A stretch of DNA of 25,782 nt from Tubiluchus corallicola (GCA_030141605.1 JAQGDQ010001779.1:1-25782); one strand, 5' to 3'; shown: positions 10,589-20,263, counted from the first letter of the stretch. Notes: generated by a model from the letters alone, not told the origin. Program-made: numbers and translations.

Positions 10589-11050
10589 TCTGGACAGTTA
10601 AACCAGACTAGTCGAACTTCATTCCGATAGTCATATTTGTAGCTAGTAACATCTATCCTGCTTTTACCTTGTTTAACCTTCTGCTGGACCACTGTGTGCC
10701 TGGAAAATGCAAAGGTTCCAATTACAGTAAATATTAACAAAAGAGAAATTAGTGAATTTCGTCTGTTTTTGAAATAGTGTTTTTGGTGGTTTCGCATTGT
10801 GCTCATTATTTACTCGCACAAGTTGTTGTGTTTTGTTTCTCTCGGAAGGCTCGTAGAGAAAACCAGAAAACACGCCGTCAAATTAAACTAGTTTATTAAG
10901 CGAGAATTCTACAACACAAAAGTATGAAGGAACGCGAAATGTTTACAGTAAACGTGAAAATCTGGAAAACGTTTGAGTGTATCTGAAAATGTAAGTATAC
11001 AAGAGAAAGTGTAAGTGGGGTCCGTGCGAATCTGTGTGTGTCTCAGCAGC

Positions 11051-11058
11051 CTTATATA
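11051..11058 (-). promoter_or_regulatory. TATA box (TATATAAG) of the zinc-finger gene; predicted TSS near 11025
   Basis: Minus strand reads GCTATATAAGGC in a relatively GC-rich context, about 470 bp upstream of the ORF and immediately downstream of the HSE cluster. Confidence 0.65.
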
Positions 11059-11067
11059 GCGTGGTCA

Positions 11068-11155
11068 AGAAGCTTCCAGAAGTTTTGTTCCAGAACATTC
11101 CACACGGTAAGACTATCATTCCAACGGAACATTCTACAATGTTCTATGTAATTCT
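11068..11155. promoter_or_regulatory. Cluster of heat-shock elements (HSF binding sites)
   Basis: Perfect aGAAgcTTCcaGAAg (11068-11082), perfect gTTCcaGAAcaTTCc (11087-11101), and gGAAcaTTCtacAAtgTTCta...aTTCt (11126-11155) with TTC at 10-bp period. Confidence 0.8.
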
Positions 11156-12222
11156 AATAGATGCCACGATCTCTACAACACAAGGGACCGGTGGCGTGCC
11201 CAAAATATTTCTGAGTTTAAATCCATGTAAAAATTTTCCAAAACATATGCATATATGAATAGTTTAACAGTAAAAAGCTCTGATTTTTAGCACAGTATTG
11301 GTAAGTGGGTGGAGACTTAATTTCTACAAAAAGTTCTTTGTCTGTTTTACACATTGATAAAAACTTCGTTAAACCTTACTGTGAGTCATCGCTTAATCCT
11401 ACAAAGTATTAGTTTAGTTTAAACTTTATTTATTTATAGTGGAATTACGAAACAGACTGCGTTTGATACAGGTATACACGGTGCAGGTGCTGAGGTTACA
11501 GTATTACTTCGTATTTAATTAGACTTTTAAATCTTATGTTAAAGTGTTTTACCCTGAATTTCTGTGTTTCATCTACTTGCAAATAGCCTCTATTGGAATT
11601 GTTCTGCATTTAAGAGCATTAATCTATGCAAATAAATAATTTTACATTGATGTAAAAGTTCATCATTCACTATTTTGATATTGATCCGTCTGTTAATTAA
11701 TCAAAGTGGAAACAGGTAGTACACAGAGAGGCAATGGTACCGTCATGGCGTTTTAAGAAAATAAAAAGTGAACCTGCATTGCAAACTAAAAACGAAATTG
11801 AAGAGTAATTTGCTTAGACATAGTAATTTGTAATTAATTACACATGTAATTAGATATTGTCGTGTTGACAAAAGGTATAACAGTAGAATATACTTTAAAC
11901 GTTTATTGATACAGAAGTTTCCACAGAAATACAGGTAAAATGATGTCAACATATAATGTCTTGTAAAAGCCAACTAGTAGTAGAGACTTTAGCAAAACTA
12001 CAGCAACCGTTCACTATTAGGTTAAACCCATTTTTAGAATAGGTAACAGATAGATAGAAGCCATATGTACTACAGTAATAGCGGTTTTACAGGTGATTAA
12101 TATAATTGCAAATTAAATGTATTTTTTATGATTTTCGGTTGTTCACAACGACAATAATACTAATATTGAAGAGTAATTTGCTTTCATCTGAAATTAATGC
12201 AGTTTGTTTAGCGTTATTTGAT

Positions 12223-12767
12223 ACTAACGGCTAAATCACGTTGAAAATACCCGTTCTTGTCTGATCACCGAAGTTAAGCAAAGTAGAGCCTGGTTAGTAC
12301 TCGGATGGGTGACCACCTAGGAATAGCAGGTGCTGTAGGCTTGCGGGATGCCCACACTGTATCTCCACACTAGGCGGAGGAGCTGTACAAGCAGCCAACG
12401 GCTAGAGGGCGGAGGAGGTCAAGTGACCCAACGGCCATGTGTAGAGGAGTAAAGCTTCCAAATCAGGAGTGGAGCCCCGAAGGCGGACCAGTGCAGCATG
12501 CTCACTGACTCCGGCAGTTCCTGCAGCCAACCTAGTGCCAAACGTATCGCTCTGCTTTCCTTTGGACTACACCACGGAGGAAGAGAGGGGGTTCCTGTTG
12601 TCTGGGCAACTCAGGATCTCCATACACCTTGCCCAGACGTGCGCCCTGGAGACGTTCAAGGATCGCATTGCTCAGCCACAGTCGACGCTGCAGCTCCATC
12701 AATGTGATCAATAACTGACTCTCTTGGCGCACATTCCATTGTCTTCCGAGACAGAATGATGCCAACG
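12223..12767 (+). mobile_element. 5S-rRNA-derived SINE-like element (SINE3 type): 120-nt 5S head plus about 425-nt GC-rich body; 3' end approximate
   Basis: 12223-12342 aligns end to end with animal 5S rRNA (ACGG..ACGTTGAA...GATCACCGAAGTTAAGC...GGTTAGTACT.GGATGGG.GACC...GTGCTGTAGGCTT) with many substitutions. No T-run terminator follows; a GC-rich body contrasts sharply with the AT-rich flanks. Confidence 0.75.
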
Positions 12768-14179
12768 AAATTTGACATTATTAAAGTACCTCAAGTTGTT
12801 CATACAATCCCACCCTAACTGCTGAAGGAGAAACCATAAAGACTGCATGAAAACAGTGGCAGTTTGTTGCTAAAACTAGTGGGGGCGCTGAAAGATTAAA
12901 AATTTTTTAGCCATTGTTTAATACCATGTGAAATGAAACAAACATATGTAATTTTAATGTTGTAATTGTAATTTTAAACAAATAAACAAATTTATACATA
13001 AACTTGATAAACTCCTAAACAAAAAATATTGTTTTCTTACGAACAGCCTAAATTGTCGCAGTTCAGGAATATTCCACTACACGGCTTTTAAACACATGTA
13101 AGCTGACAACACGTACTGCAGTGAGTGACAGTACTCTTTCTACCTAAAGTACAGCGTCTTATCTCAGACATGTGTGCACGGACGCATGCGCACAACAGCC
13201 AAACATTGCATTGCTCGGGCTGTGAAGCAAATTGTACTACCCTCATGTAATCCGGTTCCGCATAAGTATAAAAAAGAACTAAAGAAAAAAGATTGATTAT
13301 ATTGAATATTATCGATAATAATGAGTGAAAACAGGGGGTGCTGCAGTACCATAGTAGCTGTACATGTATATACATATTTAGTTACTAACTGTGTCCACAG
13401 ATTGGGATACTGATTATGCATGACCTTTTCCTTTACGATCATTTAAGCATGAAATTAAATTGCATGTTATATTATTTTCCTAAGTTCATTGAGTCATTAA
13501 TCAACGTTGATTTTGTTAGTTTTTGGTAACCTTATTTCCGTTCTCTTTAGTTAACAATTAGAAATAAGCAGTAATTACTGCACTGCACAATAATAATTTA
13601 ATACTCAGTTTGGGGTGGCTGATTCGATAACAAATGTTTTTCACCACCCCTTCCCTTTTGTTTGGCTTTTCTTATTTATACTTATTTTTATTTATATTGT
13701 TATTGGGATAAAAAAATAAATGATTTCATTTGATTACATGACCCTCCACTCATGAAAACTACCCTCTTACATAAAAGCAAAAAACTTGAAATGAATACTT
13801 CTCACTTCTGGCAAATATCTCATTTTTATACAATTTATACACTTTATTTTTACAGGTTTTTCTCTTGAACTTAAATGCCAGTTTTTGTTATAATACATGT
13901 AAGCTCATTACAAACTGCATTCTAAAACTTGTGCCTGTAAGAAAACATATAAATTCTCTTATGTCAATCATGGGTAACGTGAAACTGTGAGACCAGGTTT
14001 ACGAAGTGGTTTCACTTGCTGTACTGACTTACAACGGCTAGGAGCGTTTGTCACATGGTTCCGTAATGTGCGGCGACGGTAGGTGAAGAAGTTTCAGACC
14101 GTAGACGTGTGTAAGACATGTGCATAATAATCTGATATACCCGTTGTGTAACAAAAAAATTACAGTTTTGTAATGACAT

Positions 14180-14411
14180 GTAAACATACCGTAAACACGT
14201 AAACATGCCGTAAACGCGTAAACATACCGTAAACACGTAAACATGCCGTAAACACGTGTAAACATACCGTAAACACGTAAACATACCGTAAACACGTGTA
14301 AACATACCGTAAACACGTAAACATGCCGTAAACACGTAAACATGCCGTAAACACGTAAACATGCCGTAAACACGTAAATATATCGTAAACACGTAAACAT
14401 GCCGCAAACAT
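14180..14411. repeat. 19-bp minisatellite, 12 units, GTAAACAT(A/G)CCGTAAACAC
   Basis: Directly visible; two units carry an extra GT. Explains the three repetitive minus-strand ORFs here. Confidence 0.95.
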
Positions 14412-14660
14412 GTAATGGACAATAAGGCGTTCTTTTTATTATTTTCTCAGCTAACTGCTTGCTGCAGTGTCACAAGAAACAGACGTGGGAATGTATTCGA
14501 ATAAACAGCGAGAGTCACAAGTCAAGATTCCGATGCTTTATGATTATTTTTTGTTTTTACACACAGAGTTTTCGTAACTAAAATTTGTTTCATTTTTGTA
14601 CTTGGGTACTAGCAATGCAGACATTAAAATTAAAACAAAAATATATCAAACAATGAAGTT

Positions 14661-15153
14661 AATGCCGTTAGGGTAAAAGGGAACACTGCTTATAGAAAAA
14701 TATTTGGTTTTAGACAAAATGAAAGCGTCAAATTGTTAATGTATTTTTGTGGCACAATGCCTGCGAATTATTTAATAGATAGTCGAAAATTAAACTTTGT
14801 GAGAAAAATTGTAAATTCTTGCACATTGAGAATTCCAAAGCTATGCTACTATGTAAATAACAGTGAAGTAAATTTAAGATTTAAATATGGTTGTACTGTA
14901 GATCTAAACGAAAATGTAAAATTAAAGGTTAAGAACTCATTTAAAGATTATGTTTTAAGATATCTATTATAGCTCCTTACAACACTGTATAATGTAATAT
15001 AATTACAAGGGAACTACAATGTGTGGTTATCATAAAGTTGAATGTCTTTAGATATGTTACTTTACTAACATCGCATTACCTGTTTTACTAACATCTTCAT
15101 CTTTGTAAACTGTATATTTTTATACGAAATAAACTCATAATAATAATAATAAT
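14661..15153 (+). mobile_element. 5'-truncated non-LTR retrotransposon remnant (C-terminus of RT ORF, 3' UTR, (TAA)n tail)
   Basis: Frame reads NAVRVKGNTAYRKIFGFRQNESVKLLMYFCGTMPANYLIDSRKLNFV, which resembles post-RT regions of LINEs. Ends AATAAA followed by (TAA)n at about 15128-15153. Confidence 0.55.
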
Positions 15154-16340
15154 ATATAAACTGATATATTTATCCATGTTTTCAAAACAAAACATTGCGC
15201 AGATTGCACTTATAAGGTTTTCGCTTTAACCCTGGAGTTTCTAAGGCAAGCTAATGCACAATTAGAAAACTTGCAGTGTTAGCTATTATTTACAGTTAGA
15301 AGGCATTTGTTACTGGTTACCTTTGTGTACTGTAATGATATATTTTACACTAGCAAGAACCACAAAGCTTAATTTGTTATGAAGCTCATAAATCGCAATG
15401 GATCAAATAACAAATTTACAGCCCTTTAATAACTCATTCTAACTTGATTGCCAGTATAAGCAATATGACTAGTAATATCTTGCGCATTAAAATTTTTTAG
15501 AACAAAAATCTCACATTACAGACAACTGCAATGCTTCAGTAATGTAATTTTCTACATATGCTGGCTGCTGAAGCTTCTAAGGTACAACATTACATGGGTT
15601 GCACTTATAAGGCTTCTAGCATGGCAATGCATTACACATTGCAAAATTTTTAACAGAAAAAATAATCTGACTAAATCGTATTAGCTTTCGTATGTAGGCC
15701 CACATTATAAAATTGTCAAAAAACACAATGATAAATGTAATTATACTTTTGTACACGAAGTCATTTAATAACAGCTATGTGGCATGTAGTTGTACTAACG
15801 GTAGTTTATAAACTATTCTATTAAGCGACGCATTAGCAATACAATACGGCTGCAAAAGTTCACATTTAAAGCCAGGTTGGCATATTAAATTAGAAAAGTA
15901 ACACAACGTAAACTCGCGCTTGTCGTTCTTGACAATTTAAAAAAATTATTTCATGTAGGTTCACATGAAATATCACAAACATATTAATGCACAATAATAT
16001 TATTGTAAACATGTCACTATTTTCACGTCATAGCGCTTTGTATCAATCATGGAAATGAATAGTAAATTATTACTTTACCCTTTAAAGTTTAACCGCATTA
16101 AGAATTTTTATAACTTCGGAAATCTTCGCAATTGGCATTGAATTCAGCAAATTACAAAATGGCGAAATGATGGATAACTTATGCAGAATACGGGCCTTCT
16201 GCCATCTTTTTCTTTGCAAGTCTGTCATGCAAACCCGAGCACTAGTTACGTGCAATACAAATCCATTAACTTTCGCTTGCTTTTAAACTTTAACTTTTGG
16301 CTGCGCTCTCTCGTTACGTAGCTATGTTGATATAGACACC

Positions 16341-16453
16341 TTACTTACTTACTTACTCATCCAAGTACTAACCCGACTCGTCGTTGCTTAACTTCGGTGA
16401 TCAGACGAGAACCCTTGTCATCAACCTGTTTTGAACAACCGGTATTTTCAACG
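16341..16453 (-). pseudogene. Truncated 5S rRNA-derived copy with a 27-nt insertion and a (TAAG)4 tail
   Basis: Minus strand reads CGTTGAAAATACCGGTT[insert]CTCGTCTGATCACCGAAGTTAAGCAACGACGAGTCGGGTTAGTACTTGGATG, then (TAAG)4. Confidence 0.8.
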
Positions 16454-17803
16454 CCGTAATTGTGTATAAGCAGATGCTCGTGATATACAAGAATTGCAAA
16501 CTTGCTACATAGGAACACGTAGTCATGCGTATAAATTCTCCTCAAGTACCAGTAAAATTCACACTAAGTTTCGTTTATTAATAATCAGCATGCAAATCAG
16601 TAACAACAGTATACAAACATGTTTAATATTAGCCTATATACATTCCATTTTGTTTACTTTTTCAACAGGTATTATAATGGGCTCCTCCTTCCTTGGGCAA
16701 AGGAACTTAACTGTTAATTAGCGTTTTTAAATACACCTCATCTTAATTGTCTGTATTATTATCATCATTATTGTAGCTGAATATTGTTTGAAGGGTAATT
16801 TTCAACTGAATGCGAGTGACAATATCGGATGTAATGTAAAAGAAAAGTAGTATGGTAAATACTTGGGTGTGTCATTTTAGATAACATAATGACTTGGAAA
16901 TCATATAAAGGGTAAAACTTGCTGCTGTATCACACAAATTAGGCTTGTTGTACTACATTTAAACTCCAGAACATCAGATATGTTTAATATGCACCAATTG
17001 TCGTTTTACCTGTAATAATAAATTACATCAATAAGTTTTTAGCAAAAAACATAAGTTTTTGATACAGGTAAATTACTAAATTAGTTTACGTGATTTTCGT
17101 CTATAATTATACAAAAATAACAGCGAAATAGTCCTAGTTGCATAAAGCAGTTGAATAAAGATAATTAGACACTTACACGTGGTCTCCATGAGTTTTGGCA
17201 CTTATAACTTGCAAAAAAACAATAGAAATCAATTCACAACATTCACATCAGATCAACTTGAATTGCATACCTGGTAATTTCTACCTGGTCAACTACCTGG
17301 TCACATGATTGATGACAGTTAAAGGGGCAAGACCAAATTTAACAGGTAGGGAAACGTGTGTGTGTACATAACACTTGCTATTCTTTACCTATATATCTTT
17401 ATCTATTTATGTTTGCTATTAATCACATGTATTATAGCCATGGATATCTTAGAATTAATGAATAGAATCACCGTGAATCTTTGTTTCCGTACAGGTATTA
17501 TAATGGCTCCTTCCTGGGTTCATACCGGAAATAATCGTTAGTAACAGTAAGCGCATTTCCGAAATTATGTATACGCTGTTTTATTTGCCTGACGTCATCA
17601 TTGTCACTTCATCACCCGAAGCTCAGTCGTCCGTCTGAGGTGTATTGTAAACTTCCAAATTTCGTTCAGAAAATAAAATAGGAAAACAAGCCGGAGGTGA
17701 CGTAACGCATTAAAACAATGTTTGGCTTCCAGAAATTCTTTGGGTAACAGATTCAAAGCAAAACCGCTACGGTAGCGTATTAGCGCATGATAAACGTACC
17801 TGC

Positions 17804-17949
17804 TTACAAACAAAACGGTACTTAACATGATTGTTTCTACTCACTCTAGTATATTTCACTCTAGTATATCTCACTCTAGTATGTTTCACTCTGGTATATT
17901 TCACTCTGGTATATTTACAAACAAAACGGTACTTAACATGATTGTTTCT
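17804..17949. repeat. Five 15-bp units (TCACTCT(A/G)GTATATT) bracketed by a 35-bp direct repeat
   Basis: TTACAAACAAAACGGTACTTAACATGATTGTTTCT at 17804-17838 and 17915-17949; 15-mers at 17841-17915. Confidence 0.9.
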
Positions 17950-18365
17950 GCTTACAAAATGCGCAAAAGGGAAGTAAAGATGACATAAAAGTAGGAAAGG
18001 CTCTTTTGGCACATACAAATGTCTTATTTTAAGTAGGTGATATATTATTAAAATATGTGTGAATTATGCGGAGTTATTTTAGTCAATTACAGATAATTTT
18101 TATGTATATTTGAACAGAAGCGGGCGTTCCGGGCATTACTGATTCCTAACCTTGATAATTAGCGTTTTTAAATACGTCTCATCTCATTTGTCTGTATCAT
18201 TATCATCGTTTTGATAGCTGATTGTTTTGAGCTGTTTTGTATGTATGCACTTCATAATTATATGTATAATAATTACTCTTTTTGTATTTAAATTTTGTAG
18301 GGTAATTTTCAACTGAATGCGAGTGACAATTTAAATGCTATAACAAAAAAACTCATGCGTACAAT

Positions 18366-18371
18366 TTTATT
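18366..18371 (-). terminator. Polyadenylation signal AATAAA of the Gly-rich gene
   Basis: About 40 nt downstream of the stop codon on the minus strand. Confidence 0.65.
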
Positions 18372-18412
18372 TCAACAATAAAGAATACAACAACAACAAA
18401 CATTCCTCGTGC

Positions 18413-19180
18413 TTATTCATAGACGGTTCTTGCAGCAGCATTCTCTACACCATATGAGGAGCCCCTCTGAGCACCGCCCTCAGCATAACCATATCCGGCT
18501 TCTCCCTCTCCGGAGGCATAGCCAGCTCTTCCGTACGCTGCTTCACCGTATCCGCCTCTGGCTTGCCGATTGGTGGCGCTGTTCTCGTGGACTGCGTGGG
18601 TGTAGACGGAGCGAGAACGTTGCGTGTTCTCCCTAGCCTGACCGTAGCCTCCAGCTGCATGACCAGCCTCACCGTAACCGGCGTCGTACCTGTCCCTGCC
18701 GTAACCGTAACCAGCTCGTCCGTAACCGCTTGCATGCTCTTGTCCGTATGCGGCAGTGGGACCGCCATATCCGTATCCAGTTCCGTATGAGGTAGGATGG
18801 GTGGGACCAGTACCGTAGCCGCCACCATAGCCGCCGCCGTAACCGTATCCTCTGCCACCGTAACCGCCACCGTAACCGTATCCTCTGCCACCGTAACCGT
18901 ATCCTCTGCCACCATAGCCGCCGCCGTAACCGTATCCTCTGCCACCATAGCCGCCGTAACCTCTGCCGTATCCACCATAACCGTATCCTCTGCCGTATCC
19001 ACCACCATAACCGCTACCATAGCCTCTACCATAGCCATAGCCTCCGTACCCCCTGCCATAGCCTCCATATCCTCTGCCGTAACCGTAACCACCGTCCCCT
19101 CTGCCGTAACCAGCTACACTAGGCCCATAACTGTAACCGGTGTCGTAACTGTCATCATCGTAGTCACTGCAGTAGCAGAG
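18413..19180 (-). CDS. Secreted Gly/Tyr/Arg-rich structural protein, exon 2 (255 aa plus stop)
   Basis: Acceptor TTTTTTATTTCAG ends at 19181; phase 0; reads LCYCSDYDDDSY..., then GYGRG/GGYGGRGYGY repeats. GC-rich coding composition. Confidence 0.92.
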   Translation of the reverse strand, partial: LCYCSDYDDDSYDTGYSYGPSVAGYGRGDGGYGYGRGYGGYGRGYGGYGYGRGYGSGYGGGYGRGYGYGGYGRGYGGYGGRGYGYGGGYGGRGYGYGGRGYGYGGGYGGRGYGYGGGYGGGYGTGPTHPTSYGTGYGYGGPTAAYGQEHASGYGRAGYGYGRDRYDAGYGEAGHAAGGYGQARENTQRSRSVYTHAVHENSATNRQARGGYGEAAYGRAGYASGEGEAGYGYAEGGAQRGSSYGVENAAARTVYE

Positions 19181-19209
19181 CTGAAATAAAAAATCAGTTC
19201 CATTTATCA

Positions 19210-19445
19210 CGGCAAGTAGTAAAATAACGAAAATATTTAGGCTATGTTTAAATAACGAAAATATACTGTGCCACTGTAGTAAAAATGATAGGCTATTTAG
19301 GCTATGTTTAAATAACGAAAATCTGTAGGCAAGTAGTAAAATAACGAAAATATTTAGGCTATGTTTAAATAAAAATATACTGTGCCACTGTAGTGCCACT
19401 GTAGTAAAAAAAAGTTAGGCTATGTTTAAATAACGAAGATATACT
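19210..19445. repeat. Irregular tandem repeats filling the intron of the Gly-rich gene
   Basis: TTAGGCTATGTTTAAATAA occurs 4 times, interleaved with AGTAGTAAAATAACGAAAATA and ATATACTGTGCCACTGTAGT. Confidence 0.85.
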
Positions 19446-19454
19446 GATACTCAC

Positions 19455-19496
19455 GGCAGCTAAGCTCAAAGCAACTAGAAACACGAAGGTCTTCAT
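19455..19496 (-). CDS. Secreted Gly/Tyr/Arg-rich protein, exon 1 (signal peptide MKTFVFLVALSLAA)
   Basis: ATC-ATG start at 19496, 14 codons, donor GTGAGT at 19454-19449; splices in frame to exon 2, giving a 269-aa protein with signal peptide MKTFVFLVALSLAALCYC. Confidence 0.9.
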
Positions 19497-19572
19497 GATG
19501 GAAACCAGTAACTACCACAAACAAACTCACACGACTAACAAGTCACACTGTTTTGAAGTCTGTGAGTTTTGA

Positions 19573-19580
19573 TACTTATA
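19573..19580 (-). promoter_or_regulatory. TATA box (TATAAGTA) of the Gly-rich gene
   Basis: An initiator-like CAGT lies about 30 nt downstream (19550-19547) and about 50 nt before the ATG. Confidence 0.65.
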
Positions 19581-19854
19581 CGACACGGAGCAAACCATTT
19601 TCCGGTTAAAAGGGTTAATTTATCGCTTGCTGGTTTCGGGTGCTGGCCCGTCAATACGAGGTGTCACCTGTGAAGTGAAAATAAGGTAGTCCAATAGCTT
19701 GAATACTGATGTCAAGCCATAGCACTCAGGTGTAGTGTTTACAGGTTGAAAAAGGTCAGAGCTGTACTTGGCTGCGTGCCATTCAAAAGACGAAATTACG
19801 AAACTTGGCGTGTTAAATTAGCTCGTTATAGAAAAATTAGATTAATGTGTAGAC

Positions 19855-20263
19855 CAGGGGTGTGCAAATTATCTGACTAACCAGGCCACATTAAACATTC
19901 CCGCAATTTCTGTGGGCCACATGCAGTTTGGTCAAGTACAGTAGGACCTAATAACGATTTATTTTGCATCCGATTTGCGCACATCATCACTACTGCACTA
20001 CTACACTCGAGAAACCATTTTAGAAGTTATTAAAATTTATATTAAAAACCAAATATTTCGTCATGTCTGACAGTGACATTAAGTGACAACGGTCTTGTAA
20101 GGGTTAATGACATCCGATCTAGAGGAAAAAAACTACCCGCACTATCTTTGCGATATTGGCGCAGCCTTCAGCTGGATCGCGTGGGCCACACTTTCATTAC
20201 GTTGATAAACCTCTTCGCGGGCCGCACAAGATCTCTCGGTGGGCCGCAATTTGCACACCCCTG
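19855..20263. mobile_element. hAT (Charlie-like) MITE, family B copy 1 (409 bp)
   Basis: 16-bp TIR CAGGGGTGTGCAAATT; perfect 8-bp TSD GTGTAGAC (19847-19854, 20264-20271); subterminal GGGCC(G/A)C motifs. Confidence 0.93.

Noticed and set aside
12223-12342. Functional 5S rRNA gene
   Set aside because: Many substitutions in conserved positions, no oligo-T terminator and no tandem array; better explained as a SINE head or pseudogene.
12469-12765. Three small ORFs in the GC-rich block
   Set aside because: Expected by chance in GC-rich SINE body sequence; no recognisable motif.
13070-14160. Possible further transposon ends (TATTCCACTACACGGC, CAGGGGGTGCTGCAG, TTACAACGGCTA...CCGTTGTGTAA)
   Set aside because: I could not find matching termini with a TSD.
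14038-14422. Repetitive ORFs (VYGMFTCLR...)
   Set aside because: Produced by the 19-bp minisatellite, whose unit length is not a multiple of three.
18445-19189. Alternative-frame and antisense ORFs over the Gly-rich exon
   Set aside because: By-products of repetitive GGN/TAY codons lacking stops; only one frame joins the signal-peptide exon.
19181-19399. Hydrophobic N-terminus of the 328-aa ORF (MALQWHSIF...)
   Set aside because: It is translated intronic repeat; canonical splice sites link exon 2 to the real start at 19496.
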